Positions 1-10,777 of a stretch of 64,000 bases of DNA are shown here, in pieces. The stretch covers positions 352,001 through 416,000 of the forward strand of contig CAWGVS010000010.1 in NCBI GenBank assembly GCA_963826115.1, read 5' to 3'. A program made the position numbers and the translations under genes. Numbering within the stretch: the first letter of the stretch is position 1; each line of letters starts with the position of its first letter. A model generated the notes under the pieces. It had not been told where the DNA came from and searched no databases. It saw only the letters and a program-made list of their open reading frames with translations. Origin of the DNA: an uncultured Candidatus Rokubacteria bacterium (GTDB taxonomy: Bacteria > Methylomirabilota > Methylomirabilia > Rokubacteriales > DASRDR01).

Positions 1-1
1 C

Positions 2-1033
2 CAGGCGCTCCGCGCGTCGCCGGCCCAGATCAAGATCCAGCTCGGCACCAAGCTCACGGGCGGGCTCGGCGCCGGCTCCGACCCCGAGGTCGGTCGCCGG
101 GCGGCCAGCGAGGACCGGGAGCTCCTCCAGCAGACGCTCACCGGCGCGGACATGGTCTTCATCACCGCCGGGATGGGCGGCGGCACTGGCACCGGCGCTG
201 CGCCGGTCGTGGCGGCGATCGCCAAGGAGCTCGGCGCGCTGACCGTGGCGTGCGTCACGAAGCCGTTCCAGTTCGAAGGGCCGCGGCGGATGCGCCAGGC
301 CGACGCGGGCATCCAGGAGCTCCGCGGGATCGTGGACACGCTCCTCACGATTCCCAACCAGCGCCTGCTCACCGTCGTCGAGAAGGGCACGTCGCTCCAG
401 GAGGCCTTCAAGGTCGCGGACTCCGTGCTCCAGCAGGCGGTCCAGGGGATCTCGGACCTCATCCTGGTCCCGGGTCTCATCAACCTGGACTTCGCGGACG
501 TGCGCACCATCATGTCGGGGATGGGGATGGCGCTCATGGGCACCGGCATCGGCCGGGGCGAGCATCGCGCCGTCGACGCGGCGCAGAAGGCGATCGCGAG
601 CCCGCTGCTCGAAGAGACCTCCATCCAGGGCGCGCGGGGCGTCCTGATCAACATCACCGGCGGCTCGGACCTCACGCTCCACGAGGTGAACGAGGCCGCC
701 AGCACCGTGGCCGAGGCCGCAGAGGGCGACGCAAACATCATCGTGGGCGCCGTGGTGGACGAGGCCCTCGGGGACGAGATCCGGGTTACCGTCATTGCGA
801 CCGGGTTCGACGACGCGCGGGGCATGGCGCACCCGGTCGCCTCGACGGCGGCGGCGGGTGCGGCCGCGACCGCGGCGTCCGGCGGCCGGACCGTGGATCT
901 CAAGGCGTACCGCGGGGGCGACCGTCCGTCGCCGTGGCGCCGGCCGCGGGCCGACGGCGTGCGCGCGGACGGGCTGGATCAGGTGGCCGACGACCTCGAC
1001 ATCCCGGCGTTCCTGCGCCGACAGGCCGACTGA
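2..1033 (+). CDS. ftsZ: Cell division protein FtsZ (5'-truncated by window edge)
   Basis: Frame open from base 2; GGGTGTG tubulin signature, INLDFADV motif, C-terminal DIPAFLRR peptide. Confidence 0.98.
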   Translation, partial: QALRASPAQIKIQLGTKLTGGLGAGSDPEVGRRAASEDRELLQQTLTGADMVFITAGMGGGTGTGAAPVVAAIAKELGALTVACVTKPFQFEGPRRMRQADAGIQELRGIVDTLLTIPNQRLLTVVEKGTSLQEAFKVADSVLQQAVQGISDLILVPGLINLDFADVRTIMSGMGMALMGTGIGRGEHRAVDAAQKAIASPLLEETSIQGARGVLINITGGSDLTLHEVNEAASTVAEAAEGDANIIVGAVVDEALGDEIRVTVIATGFDDARGMAHPVASTAAAGAAATAASGGRTVDLKAYRGGDRPSPWRRPRADGVRADGLDQVADDLDIPAFLRRQAD

Positions 1034-1103
1034 GCCGGCGGCGAGCGGCCTGACGCCGCCCCGGACCGCGCGAGCGGCCGGGCGGGCGCGTCCGGGATCG
1101 ACG

Positions 1104-1871
1104 ATGGTGAGCTGGCACGGGGAGCCGCCTTCCCACGCCGCGCTGCCCGCGCTGGCGGCGGCCGGCGTGCGGCACGCCTTCACGACCCGCCACCAGGGGA
1201 GCTTCGACGCCGTGTCCGCTCCCGCCGGCCCGTTCGGCGTCGATCGTCGCTGGCCGGTGCTCGACGCGCTCGGCCTCGCGCCGGAGCGCATCCGCTACGT
1301 GCGGCAGGTTCACGGCGACGCGTGCCTGGACGCGGACGCGCCGGGGATGGGCGCGCTCGTCGGGGTCGGCGACGCGCTCTTCACCCGGCGGCGGGGCGAG
1401 CCACTGGCGATTTTCACCGCCGACTGCGTCCCGCTGATCGTCGTCGATCCGGAGCGCCCGGCCCTCGGGATGGCGCACGCCGGATGGCGCGGCACCGTGC
1501 GGGGGATCGCGGGCCGGCTGGTGGCGGCGCTGGTCGAGCAGGCCGGGGCGCGCGCGGACCGGCTCCGGGCGGCGATCGGGCCGTCCATCGGCCCGTGCTG
1601 TTACGAGGTGGACGAGCCGGTGATCGGACCGCTCCGGGCCGCGTTCCCGGCGGCGTGGGAGCGTTGGGCCGCCCCCGGCGCCCCGGGCCGTCCCGGACGC
1701 TGGTGGCTCGACCTGTGGGCGGCGAACGCCGATCAGCTGGCGGCGGCGGGTGTGCCGCCCGGGGCGATCGCGAGCCCGCGCCTCTGCACGGGCTGCCGCC
1801 AGGACCTGTTCTTCTCGTACCGCAAGGAGGGGCTCGCGGGGCGGCTCGCCACGCTCGCCGTGCTCGAGTAG
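1104..1871 (+). CDS. pgeF: Peptidoglycan editing factor PgeF / YfiH family
   Basis: QVHGD, TADCVP, HAGWRG, IGPSIGPCCYEV, FFSYR motifs; follows ftsZ. Start at ATG 1104 inferred. Confidence 0.93.
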   Translation: MVSWHGEPPSHAALPALAAAGVRHAFTTRHQGSFDAVSAPAGPFGVDRRWPVLDALGLAPERIRYVRQVHGDACLDADAPGMGALVGVGDALFTRRRGEPLAIFTADCVPLIVVDPERPALGMAHAGWRGTVRGIAGRLVAALVEQAGARADRLRAAIGPSIGPCCYEVDEPVIGPLRAAFPAAWERWAAPGAPGRPGRWWLDLWAANADQLAAAGVPPGAIASPRLCTGCRQDLFFSYRKEGLAGRLATLAVLE

Positions 1872-1933
1872 ACGCGCGCCGCGCGAGTCTCGCGTGGCGC
1901 CGGGCGAGCGAACCCGCTACAATACCGGCGCGC

Positions 1934-2629
1934 ATGAGCGAGAGCGATATCCGCGCGAACCTCGCCGCCGTGGACGAGCGGATCGCGGCGGCGGCCCGCC
2001 GGGCCGGCCGCCGCGAGGACGCCGTGCTCCTGGTGGCGGTGTCGAAGACCGTCGACGTCGAGCGCGTCCGGCAGGCGGTCGCCGCGGGCGTGCGCGCCCT
2101 CGGCGAAAACCGGGTTCAGGAGGCGCGGGAGAAGATCGCGGCGCTCGGCCGTCCGGTGCCGTGGCACCTGATCGGGCACCTCCAGACGAACAAGGTGAAG
2201 GACGCCGTGGACGGCTTCGACCTCATCCACTCGGTCGACCGGCTGCCGCTGGCCGAGGCGCTGTCCCGCCGGGCGGCGGAGGCCGGGCGCCGGGTCGACG
2301 TGCTGGTGCAGGTGAACGTCGCGGAGGAGCCGCAGAAGGGCGGCCTCCGTGGCGACGAGCTCCGCGCGGCGCTCGAGGCCATGGCGGCGCTCCCGGGGCT
2401 CCGGCTGCGCGGTCTCATGACGATCCCGCCCCTGCCGCACGACCCCGAGGACTCTCGGCCGCACTACAAGGAGATGCGGCGGCTGCTCGACGCCGCGCGG
2501 GGCTGGGGGCACGGGGCCGATTTCTCGGAGCTGTCGATGGGGATGAGCGGGGACTTCGAGGTCGGGGTCGAGGAGGGGGCGACGATCGTCCGCGTGGGGA
2601 CCGCGATCTTCGGTCCCCGGGGCGGCTGA
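1934..2629 (+). CDS. yggS: PLP homeostasis protein YggS family
   Basis: AVSKT, GENRVQE, WHLIGHLQTNK, LSMGMSGDF, VRVGTAIFG motifs. Confidence 0.96.
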   Translation: MSESDIRANLAAVDERIAAAARRAGRREDAVLLVAVSKTVDVERVRQAVAAGVRALGENRVQEAREKIAALGRPVPWHLIGHLQTNKVKDAVDGFDLIHSVDRLPLAEALSRRAAEAGRRVDVLVQVNVAEEPQKGGLRGDELRAALEAMAALPGLRLRGLMTIPPLPHDPEDSRPHYKEMRRLLDAARGWGHGADFSELSMGMSGDFEVGVEEGATIVRVGTAIFGPRGG

Positions 2630-2680
2630 CGGCGTGAGCGCCCGGGGCGCTCGGGCCGCGCTCGGCGGAGAGGGCTGATC

Positions 2681-3499
2681 ATGTCGATCCGGGACAAGCG
2701 CATCGGGTTCGTGGGGGCGGGCAACATGGGCGAGGCCATGGTCCGCGGCCTCACCAAGACGGGCCTCATGCCCGTCGGGCACCTCCTGATGACCGACGTC
2801 CGCGGCGACCGGCTCGAGGACCTGAAGCGTCTCTACGGCATCGTCATCGTCCCCGACAACGTGACGCTCGTCCAGCGATCCGACGTCGTCATCCTCGCCG
2901 TCAAGCCGCAGATCCTCGGCGACGTGCTGGACGAGATCGCTCCCGCCACGCCCGGGAAGCTCCTGATCTCGATCGCGGCCGGCGTGTCGACGAGCGAGAT
3001 CCGGCGCCACCTCCCTCCCGGCACCCGGACGATCCGGGTCATGCCGAACACGCCCGCGCTCGTCCTCGAGGGCGCCACCGCGATCGCCCACGCCACCGGG
3101 CTCGACGACGGTGACATGGACACCGCCCGCCAGATCTTCGAGGCCGTCGGACGCGCCGTGATCCTGGACGAGGGGATGATGGACGCGGTGACCGGGCTCT
3201 CGGGTTCCGGCCCCGCGTACATCGCGGTGGTGGTCGAGGCTCTCGCGGACGGCGGGGTGCGCGTCGGGCTGGACCGGAAGACGGCGATGACGCTGGCCCT
3301 CCAGACGGTGCTCGGGTCGGCGCGCCTCCTGATCGAGACCGGGATGCACCCCGGGCAGCTCAAGGACATGGTGAGCTCGCCGGGCGGGACCACGATCGCG
3401 GGCATCCACACGCTCGAGATCGGGGGCCTCCGCCGGACCCTGATCGACACGGTCGAGCGCGCGACCCACCGGTCGCGCGAGCTGGGCCAGGGGCGATAG
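2681..3499 (+). CDS. proC: Pyrroline-5-carboxylate reductase
   Basis: GAGNMG, RVMPNTP, SGSGPAY, SPGGTT motifs; yggS-proC synteny. Confidence 0.97.
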   Translation: MSIRDKRIGFVGAGNMGEAMVRGLTKTGLMPVGHLLMTDVRGDRLEDLKRLYGIVIVPDNVTLVQRSDVVILAVKPQILGDVLDEIAPATPGKLLISIAAGVSTSEIRRHLPPGTRTIRVMPNTPALVLEGATAIAHATGLDDGDMDTARQIFEAVGRAVILDEGMMDAVTGLSGSGPAYIAVVVEALADGGVRVGLDRKTAMTLALQTVLGSARLLIETGMHPGQLKDMVSSPGGTTIAGIHTLEIGGLRRTLIDTVERATHRSRELGQGR

Positions 3500-3508
3500 G
3501 GCGGCGCC

Positions 3509-3802
3509 GTGTACGTGCTCGGCGACTTGCTGCTCGCCGTCGCGAAGCTGGTGGACTACATCCTCTACGCCTACATGTGGATCGTCGTGATCCGGGCGCT
3601 CGTGTCCTGGGTGAACCCCGATCCGTGGAACCCCATCGTCCGGTTCCTGTACCAGGCGACCGAGCCCGTGCTCCGGCCGATCCGGCGCCGCCTTCCCCAG
3701 AGCGCGATCGACTTCTCGCCTCTGGTCCTCATCCTCGGCATCTACTTCCTCCAGTGGTTCCTGGTCCCGGTTCTGGTGAAGACGGCCTACCGGCTCGGGT
3801 GA
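3509..3802 (+). CDS. yggT: YggT family membrane protein
   Basis: SWVNPDP..P, TEPVLRPIRR, IDFSP motifs. Confidence 0.94.
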   Translation: MYVLGDLLLAVAKLVDYILYAYMWIVVIRALVSWVNPDPWNPIVRFLYQATEPVLRPIRRRLPQSAIDFSPLVLILGIYFLQWFLVPVLVKTAYRLG

Positions 3803-3826
3803 CGTGGAGGCTCAGGAGGAGCTCCG

Positions 3827-4294
3827 ATGCGCATGACCGCGACGGATATTCGGCAGCAGCAGTTCGCGGTGCGGCTCTTCCGGGGGTTCGACCCCCAGGA
3901 GGTCGACGCGTTCCTCGAGGAGATGGCCGACGATTTCGACGAGCTCGGCCGCGAGAACGCCCTCCTCAAGGAGCAGCTCGTGCAGCTCGAGGAGAAGTCC
4001 CGCGGCGTCGAGGGGCGGGAGAGGACGCTCCAGGAGACGCTCGTCACGACGCAGAAGATCGCCGAAGAGTTCAAGGAGAACGCCCGGCGCGAGGCGGAGC
4101 TGGTCCTGCGCGAGGCGCACCTCCGCGCCGAGAAGTTCATGCAGGACGCCCGCGAGGAGCACGCGAAGCTCACCACCGAGGTCAACGGGCTCCGGCGTCT
4201 TCGCCGCCAGCTGGCCGACGAGCTCATGGGGGTGCTCAACGCGCACAAGCGGCTCGCGGAACAGGCCCTGGCGGAGGGCGATGCCTCCTCCTGA
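3827..4294 (+). CDS. divIVA: DivIVA domain protein
   Basis: N-terminal DIRQQQF...RGFDPQEVDAFL followed by a coiled coil; conserved position. Confidence 0.9.
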   Translation: MRMTATDIRQQQFAVRLFRGFDPQEVDAFLEEMADDFDELGRENALLKEQLVQLEEKSRGVEGRERTLQETLVTTQKIAEEFKENARREAELVLREAHLRAEKFMQDAREEHAKLTTEVNGLRRLRRQLADELMGVLNAHKRLAEQALAEGDASS

Positions 4295-4598
4295 GGCCCG
4301 CCTGACCGTCGACGTCCGCCCCCGCGCCGGCCGTGACGAGATCGTCGGCTGGCAGGGCGGTCACCTCCGCGTCCGGGTGAGCGCGCCCCCCGCGGACGGC
4401 GCGGCCAACGAGGCGGTCCGGACGCTCCTCGCGGCGCGCCTCGGCGCCGCGCGCTCGCGGATCGAGATCGTCCGCGGTCACGCGGCGCGCACCAAGCTCG
4501 TGCGCGTCGTCGGGCTCGACCCCGCCGCCCTCGCCGCCCGACTCGCGATGCCCGGAGCCGGCGCGGCGCCGGCCCGCCCCGCCGCGCGCCTGGCCTAG
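4281..4598 (+). CDS. DUF167 (YggU) family protein
   Basis: V+PRA, APPADGAANEA and G..AR.K motifs; synteny. Confidence 0.88.
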   Translation: MPPPEARLTVDVRPRAGRDEIVGWQGGHLRVRVSAPPADGAANEAVRTLLAARLGAARSRIEIVRGHAARTKLVRVVGLDPAALAARLAMPGAGAAPARPAARLA

Positions 4599-5635
4599 TG
4601 GGCGCGCCTCCGCTCGCGGTCGTCCCCATTAGCTGGCAGCACGACCGGCTGGTGCTCCTGGACCAGCGGCGACTGCCCGGGGAGGAGGTCTACCTCGAGT
4701 GCCGGACGTGGCCCGAGGTGGCCGACGCGATCCGGACCCTCGCGGTCCGCGGCGCGCCGGCGATCGGCGTGGCGGCCGCCTACGGGGTGGCGCTCGCCGG
4801 GCTCACGAGCCCCGCGCGCGACGCCGAGGCGCTCTTCCGAGACCTCGAGACGGCCACCGCCGGCCTCGCCGCCACCCGGCCGACCGCGGTCAACCTCTTC
4901 TGGGCCCTCGATCGCATGCGGCGCCACGCGGCCGCTCGGCGGGCGGAGTCGCCCGCGGAGCTGCGCGCGAGCCTCGTGAGCGAGGCGGAGCGCATCTTCG
5001 ACGAGGACCTGGCGGCCAACCGGCGGCTCGGCGCCCACGGAGCGGAGCTCGTCCCCGCGGGCGCGCGGATCCTGACCCACTGCAACGCCGGGGGGCTCGC
5101 GACCGCGGGCTACGGGACCGCCCTCGGCGTCGTGCGGGGCGCCGTCGAGACCGGGCGGAGGCCCTTCGTCTGGGTCGACGAGACGCGGCCGGTGCTCCAG
5201 GGCGCGCGGCTCACCGCCTGGGAGCTGGCGCGCGAGGGCATCCCGCACGCCGTCATCGCGGACGTCGCGGCGGCCTCGACGATGGCCCGCGGCGAGGTCG
5301 ACCTGGTCGTGGTGGGCGCCGACCGGATCGCCCGCAACGGCGACACCGCCAACAAGATCGGGACCTATGGCGTGGCGGTGCTGGCGCGCCACCACGGCAT
5401 CCCGTTCTACGTCGCCGCGCCCTTCTCGACGATCGACGTCTCGATCGCCGACGGCTCCGCGATCCCGATCGAGGAGCGCGACCCGCGCGAGGTCCAGGAG
5501 CTCGCGGGCCGGCGGATCGTGCCCGCGGCCTCGCCGGCGCGCAACCCGGCCTTCGACGTGACCCCCGCCGCGCTGATCACCGCGATCATCACCGAGCGCG
5601 GCGTCCACCGGCCCCCGTACCACTTCGAGGCGTAG
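4598..5635 (+). CDS. mtnA: S-methyl-5-thioribose-1-phosphate isomerase
   Basis: LDQRRLP, VRGAPAIG, RPTAVNL, THCNAG, DETRP..QGARLTAWEL, ANKIGTY motifs. Confidence 0.97.
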   Translation: MGAPPLAVVPISWQHDRLVLLDQRRLPGEEVYLECRTWPEVADAIRTLAVRGAPAIGVAAAYGVALAGLTSPARDAEALFRDLETATAGLAATRPTAVNLFWALDRMRRHAAARRAESPAELRASLVSEAERIFDEDLAANRRLGAHGAELVPAGARILTHCNAGGLATAGYGTALGVVRGAVETGRRPFVWVDETRPVLQGARLTAWELAREGIPHAVIADVAAASTMARGEVDLVVVGADRIARNGDTANKIGTYGVAVLARHHGIPFYVAAPFSTIDVSIADGSAIPIEERDPREVQELAGRRIVPAASPARNPAFDVTPAALITAIITERGVHRPPYHFEA

Positions 5636-5666
5636 CCCGGGCCTGTCGCCCGTCCAAGGAGTTCCC

Positions 5667-6809
5667 ATGAAGAAGTATCACCTGCTCGCGCCCGGTCCGA
5701 CCCCGATTCCCCCCGAGGTCCTCCAGGCGATCGCCCAGCCGATCCTCCACCACCGTACGCCGGAGTTCGAGGCGCTCTTCGGACGCGTCCGGGCCGGCCT
5801 CGCCGAGCTGATCGGGACGCGGAGCGAGGTCATGATCCTCGCGGCCTCGGGCACGGGGGCGCTGGAGGCGGCGGTCGTCAACCTCTGCTCGCCCGGCGAC
5901 GAGGTGCTGGTCGTCCAGTGCGGCAAGTTCGGCGAGCGGTGGACCGGCATCGCCCGGGCGTTCGGTCTCACCGCCCACACGATCGACGCCCCGTACGGCG
6001 AGACCGTGGCGCCCGAGCGCGTCGCGGCGGCGCTGTCGGCCCATCCCCGGGCGCGCGCGCTCTTCGTGACCCAGAGCGAGACGTCGACCGGCGTGCTCGA
6101 GGACGTCGAGGCCTACGCCGCCCTCACGCGGGGCACCGACACGCTTTGCGTGGTGGACACCGTCTCCTCGCTCGCGGTCGTGCCGTGCCCGATGGATGCC
6201 TGGGGGATCGACGTGGTGGTCGCGGGCTCGCAGAAGGGGCTCATGTGCCCGCCGGGCCTCGCCTTCGTCGCCCTGAACGACCGCGCCTGGCGGGCAGCCG
6301 CGCAGGCCCGCTGCCCGCGCTTCTACTGGGACCTTCCCACCGAGCGGGGATGGCAGGCGAAGAACCAGGGTCAGTTCACGCCCGCCGTCTCCCTCCTCGC
6401 GGGGCTCGACGTCGCGCTCGGGCTGCTCGAGGCTGAAGGACTCCCCGAGGTCTTCCGGCGTCACGACCGGCTGGCCCGCGCCGCGCGCGCGGGCGCCGAG
6501 GCGGTCGGGCTCGCCCTCTTCGCCCGGGCGACGCCGAGCCCGGCCGTGACGGCCATCGTGCCGCCGCGGGGCATCGACGGCGAGGCAGTCGTGCGGGCGT
6601 ACGGCCAGGACGACAACATCACCATCGCGGGCGGCCAGGGGGAGATGAAGGGGAAGCTCTTCCGGCTCGCCCACCTCGGCTGGGTCGACGAGTCCGATCT
6701 GATCGTCGGCCTGGCCACGCTCGAGCGCGTCCTCGTTCGGCTCGGCGTACCCGTGGAGCTAGGCGTGGCCGTCGGTGCCGCGCAGCGGATCTTCGCCAAG
6801 GACGGTTGA
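5667..6809 (+). CDS. Class V PLP aminotransferase (serine-pyruvate/alanine-glyoxylate type)
   Basis: PGPT, ETSTG, DxVSS, GSQKGLMCPPG (PLP lysine), GGQG motifs. Confidence 0.92.
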   Translation: MKKYHLLAPGPTPIPPEVLQAIAQPILHHRTPEFEALFGRVRAGLAELIGTRSEVMILAASGTGALEAAVVNLCSPGDEVLVVQCGKFGERWTGIARAFGLTAHTIDAPYGETVAPERVAAALSAHPRARALFVTQSETSTGVLEDVEAYAALTRGTDTLCVVDTVSSLAVVPCPMDAWGIDVVVAGSQKGLMCPPGLAFVALNDRAWRAAAQARCPRFYWDLPTERGWQAKNQGQFTPAVSLLAGLDVALGLLEAEGLPEVFRRHDRLARAARAGAEAVGLALFARATPSPAVTAIVPPRGIDGEAVVRAYGQDDNITIAGGQGEMKGKLFRLAHLGWVDESDLIVGLATLERVLVRLGVPVELGVAVGAAQRIFAKDG

Positions 6810-6842
6810 CCGTGGGCGCGACCTGAGGCCCGATCCGCGCCG

Positions 6843-8267
6843 GTGTACGCGTGGCTGGTCCCGCGGATCGTCTTCCCGCTTCACGGGCGGCTGACCGGCC
6901 GCCGGTCCTGGACGGAGTACCGGCAGCTTCGTGCGCTCCAATGGGAATCGCGGGACGCCCTGGAGACCCGGAGCCTCGCGAAGGTCCGCGCGGTCGTCGG
7001 GCACGCGATGGCCCACGTGCCCTTCTACCGGGAGCGCCTCCAGGAGGCGGGCGTCCGGCCCGAGGCGCTCCGGACGCTCGACGATCTGGCGCGGCTGCCA
7101 CTCACTCGCAAGGCGGCGCTCCGCGACAGCCCAGCCGATCACGCGCTCGCCGACAACGTTCCGGCCTCGCGGCGGCTAGCGACCATCACGTCGGGCTCCA
7201 CGGGGTTTCCGTTCGCGTTCCTCCGGGACGCGGCCGGCGTGGACGGCGTCATCGCCGCCCACCTGCTCAGCCTGGAGTGGGCCGGCGCCGCGATCTGGCA
7301 GACACACATCGACGTCGTCAATAGCGCGGACCGACCCATGCCGTCGGCCGTCCCGCCGCCCTCGCGGCTCGAGTGGTGGGCCCGTCGCGCGCTCCTGGGC
7401 GAGGGAGTGATCACGCTGTCCGGCGTGGCCCTGGCCCCCGAGGAGTTCGTGGCGCACAGCCTCTCCGTCTCGCGCCGCGGCTACTTCGTTCGCGGCTACA
7501 CCGCGTACCTGGCCCGGCTCGCCTGGCGCATGCTGGAGGCGGAGACCAAGCTGCCCGTTCCGCCGCGCGTGGTGATGAGCGGCGGCGAGCCCCTGTCCGA
7601 GCGCGACGCGCGGGCGATCGGCCGGGCGTTCGGCTGCCGGGTGGTCAACCAGTACGCCGCCTGGGAGGCACCCCACATGGCGCAGACGTGCCCCGACAAC
7701 CCCGCGGTGCTCCACGTGAACAGCGAGCGCGTGGCGCTCCGCGTCGTCGGGGACGACGGTCGGTCCGTGGCGCCGGGGACACGCGGGCGGATCGTCGTGA
7801 CGGCCCTCGACAACTACGTGATGCCGTTCATCAACTACGAGATCGGCGATGCGGGAGTGGCTGGTCCGGCATGCCCGTGCGGGCGGGGATTCCCGACCCT
7901 GCTGAGGGTCGAGGGCCGCTTGGGCGAGGCGATCCGGATGCCGTCCGGCCGGCTGCTCTCACCCGCGACCCTGGACCGCGGGTTCCGCTACTGCAGCGAC
8001 GCCGTGCGGGAATACCAGGCGGAGCGCACGGCCGACGACGTCCTCACGGTCCGGGTCGTCCCCACGTCGCGCTTCACGCCGGAGACCACGGCGACGCTGC
8101 GGGCCGAGCTGACGGAGATGGCGGGCCCGGGTATGGAGATCCGGATCGACGTCGTCGCCGAGATCCCGCTGGAGCCATCCGGCAAGCGCTTCGTGATCCG
8201 GCCGCGCGGTGGGGAGCCGCCAGCGAGCCCGCGAGACGGTCGCGCCGGAATCCGCGAGCCGGCCTGA
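6843..8267 (+). CDS. Phenylacetate-CoA ligase-like (CapK family) adenylate-forming enzyme
   Basis: HVPFYR, TSGSTG P-loop, MPFINYEIGD, CPCGRG, EGR, SGK motifs. Confidence 0.88.
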   Translation: MYAWLVPRIVFPLHGRLTGRRSWTEYRQLRALQWESRDALETRSLAKVRAVVGHAMAHVPFYRERLQEAGVRPEALRTLDDLARLPLTRKAALRDSPADHALADNVPASRRLATITSGSTGFPFAFLRDAAGVDGVIAAHLLSLEWAGAAIWQTHIDVVNSADRPMPSAVPPPSRLEWWARRALLGEGVITLSGVALAPEEFVAHSLSVSRRGYFVRGYTAYLARLAWRMLEAETKLPVPPRVVMSGGEPLSERDARAIGRAFGCRVVNQYAAWEAPHMAQTCPDNPAVLHVNSERVALRVVGDDGRSVAPGTRGRIVVTALDNYVMPFINYEIGDAGVAGPACPCGRGFPTLLRVEGRLGEAIRMPSGRLLSPATLDRGFRYCSDAVREYQAERTADDVLTVRVVPTSRFTPETTATLRAELTEMAGPGMEIRIDVVAEIPLEPSGKRFVIRPRGGEPPASPRDGRAGIREPA

Positions 8268-8283
8268 GGCCTGACGCGCCGGT

Positions 8284-8985
8284 CTACGCCACGGGGGCGC
8301 GTGGGCGGGCGTCCTCCTCGAGCGGCACGAACACGCGCCCCTGATCGTCGAGGCGCACCCGCCCCCTCACGAGGGGCGGGCGCCACGGTCCGATCGTCCA
8401 ATACCCCACGGTCCCGACAACGGCGCGCCGGAGCTCCCGCTCGGCAACGCGGCGGGCCGAGTCGTTCCACGCCGCGATGAGGCCGATGAGCCGCCGGTGT
8501 CCCCGCTCGCGAGCCCGGTGCATGGCCGCCACCGTCGCCGCCGCATAGAGACCCCGCCGCCGCCGCGACGGATGCGTGTAGACGTCGACGATCCACAGAT
8601 CCCCGTCGAGGGGGCGGACGACGCGGTGGAGGTACGGGAGGTGGGCCTCCGCGCTCGTCTCCCACCGCCAGTGCGCGGGGATGTCCCCCGCCCAGCCGAC
8701 CCAGCACTCCTGACCCTCGTGAAGGCGCCGCCGGACCTCGGCCGCGGCGAGGGTGGGGCTCTCCGCAAGAAGCCGCGGGATCTCGCCGACGGTGAGGCGT
8801 CGCCAGACGACATCGGAGGCGGGCGCGATCGGTGGCAGCGGGCCAGTGAGGTCCTTCACGGTCACGAGGAACTCGCGCCGGACCAGCCAGCCTGGCGCCG
8901 TCCGGGCCAGCCGCACGACGCCGATGGTCCGTCGGGCATCCAGGATCCGGTGCGCGAGGCGACGGAGGGCACGGTCGCGCGTCAT
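8284..8985 (-). CDS. GNAT family N-acetyltransferase
   Basis: DVYTHPSRRRRGL acetyl-CoA-binding motif A and WNDSARR; ATG 4 nt after the upstream stop. Confidence 0.75.
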   Translation of the reverse strand: MTRDRALRRLAHRILDARRTIGVVRLARTAPGWLVRREFLVTVKDLTGPLPPIAPASDVVWRRLTVGEIPRLLAESPTLAAAEVRRRLHEGQECWVGWAGDIPAHWRWETSAEAHLPYLHRVVRPLDGDLWIVDVYTHPSRRRRGLYAAATVAAMHRARERGHRRLIGLIAAWNDSARRVAERELRRAVVGTVGYWTIGPWRPPLVRGRVRLDDQGRVFVPLEEDARPRAPVA

Positions 8986-8989
8986 GCCG

Positions 8990-10372
8990 TCACGTCGCGG
9001 CAACGTGGGACTTCACCAGGAGCCGCTTGCCGGACGCCTCGACCGGGATGCGGTCGACCGGATCCACGCTCACGTTCACGCCGGGGCCGAGGAATGTCTC
9101 GAGCTCCGCCCGGAGCCAGTCCACCCGCTCGGGCGTGAGGCGGGCGGTGGGCACCACCTTGAACACGACGCGCTCCGGGGCCGTCTGGACGGCCTGGTAT
9201 TCCCAGATGTACGGATGGGCCCGCGCCCGGATGTTGAGGAACCGGCAGAGCGCGATGGGCAGGACCGTCCGCCCCGCCGGCGTCCGGAGCACCTCGCCGA
9301 GCCGGCCCTCGAGGCTCGCGAGCGTCGGGAACCCCCGGCCGCAGACGCAGCTCTCGCCGGCGACCGCCCAGTCCCCGATCTCGTAGTTGATGAACGGCAT
9401 TACGTGGTTCGCCAGATCGGTCACGACCACCCGCCCCACCTCACCCGGCGGCGTCGCCGAGCCATCCTCGCGAACCACTCTGAGAATCGCGCGCTCGCTG
9501 TTCACGTGGAGCACCTCGGGATTGTCCGGGCAGGTCTGGGCCATGTGGAGCACTTCCCAGGCCGAGTAGTGGTTGGCCGTGCGGCAGCCGAACGCCTGTT
9601 CGATCGCGCGCCGGTTGAGCAGCGAGAGCGTCTCCGCGTACGTGAACACGACTCGCGGAGGCGAAGGTATCTCCACGCCCGACTCGAGCAGCTCCCTCGC
9701 GATGCGCGCGATGTACGAGGGGAACCCCCAGATCGCGTAACCGCCCTCTCCGACGGACCGTCGGATCCGGCCGCAGAGCTCCGCGACGTTGGGCTCGAAG
9801 TCCGACAGGCGGATCGTCCGCTCGCCCAGGGCGAGGCTGGTGGCGGCAGCCCGCATCCAGGCGATGGACGTCGCGGCCGCCGACGCGTGGGCCGGCCCCG
9901 GGATCCAGAGCATCGTCCCGCCGAACGGAGCATTCGCCCATTCCCGGAAGAGCATGTAGGAGCCGAGCCACACCTCCGACGTGGCGCGGTCCGTGAAGAA
10001 CCGGAACGGCATGCCGGTCGACCCCGCGGTGCTTCCGGCCGCCCGTCGCCGGGCCGGCAGGTTGTCCGCCAGGACGCGACCCGCTGGGTCGGGGCGCAGG
10101 TCGGCCTTGCGGCTGATCGGGATCCGCGACAGGTCGGTGACCGAGCGAATCTCATGGGGATCGACTGCGGCTCGACGTAGCAGATCGCGGTAGTAGGGGA
10201 CGTGCGCGTACGCGTGGGACACGATCGCCCGGAGCTTCTCGAGGGCGCGCGCCTCGAGTTCCGCCGTCGGCCGCCACTGAAGCTCGCGCAGGCGACGGAG
10301 CTCTCCCCACGGGCGCCGCCCGGTCAGACGTTCGTACGCGGCGGGGACCTGCGCTCTGAGCCAGTCCCGCAT
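8990..10372 (-). CDS. Phenylacetate-CoA ligase-like (CapK family), paralogue of 6843..8267
   Basis: HVPYYR, TAGSTG, HMAQTCPDNP.VLHVNSER shared with the first copy, MPFINYEIGD. Confidence 0.88.
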   Translation of the reverse strand: MRDWLRAQVPAAYERLTGRRPWGELRRLRELQWRPTAELEARALEKLRAIVSHAYAHVPYYRDLLRRAAVDPHEIRSVTDLSRIPISRKADLRPDPAGRVLADNLPARRRAAGSTAGSTGMPFRFFTDRATSEVWLGSYMLFREWANAPFGGTMLWIPGPAHASAAATSIAWMRAAATSLALGERTIRLSDFEPNVAELCGRIRRSVGEGGYAIWGFPSYIARIARELLESGVEIPSPPRVVFTYAETLSLLNRRAIEQAFGCRTANHYSAWEVLHMAQTCPDNPEVLHVNSERAILRVVREDGSATPPGEVGRVVVTDLANHVMPFINYEIGDWAVAGESCVCGRGFPTLASLEGRLGEVLRTPAGRTVLPIALCRFLNIRARAHPYIWEYQAVQTAPERVVFKVVPTARLTPERVDWLRAELETFLGPGVNVSVDPVDRIPVEASGKRLLVKSHVAAT

Positions 10373-10777
10373 GAGAGAGTGCCTATTCGCATCCTATCGC
10401 GAATTCAGCATGGCGGGCGGCTCCACCGCGATGCGATGGCCCGACGATCACTGGCCTCGGGCGCACCGTCGAGGCCACGGCGCCGGACTGGCCAGGAATG
10501 TCGCGCGTGGTACCTTGGCTCGTGTCACGAGCCTGGACTCGCAGCACCGCCGCGGCGCTAGCCAACACACCCGGAAGGCGATTGACGACCGTGCGAGCGC
10601 TCCGGCCTGGAGGGCTCGGCCGTGCCCGGGCTCGGACGGCCTCCCGGTGACTCTGGCCGCTCAACGGCTCTGCCGCGACATGCTAGCGAGCGGACCTCAC
10701 GATCCGCATGCGTTCGGCGCCATGGCGACGGCTATCTGGCTGGCCGCGGATGGCGACAGGCCGGGACCCTAGCCGAG

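Noticed and set aside
2-4598. divIVA in a pal-containing (diderm) organism, and no sepF in the ftsZ cluster
   Set aside because: The yggS-proC-yggT-divIVA-DUF167 arrangement is known in several diderm lineages; not novel.
10373-10777. Possible ncRNA or small ORFs in the 400-bp divergent gap (IR ggctcgtgtcacgagcc)
   Set aside because: No recognisable riboswitch or coding signature; short inverted repeats are common at this GC level.
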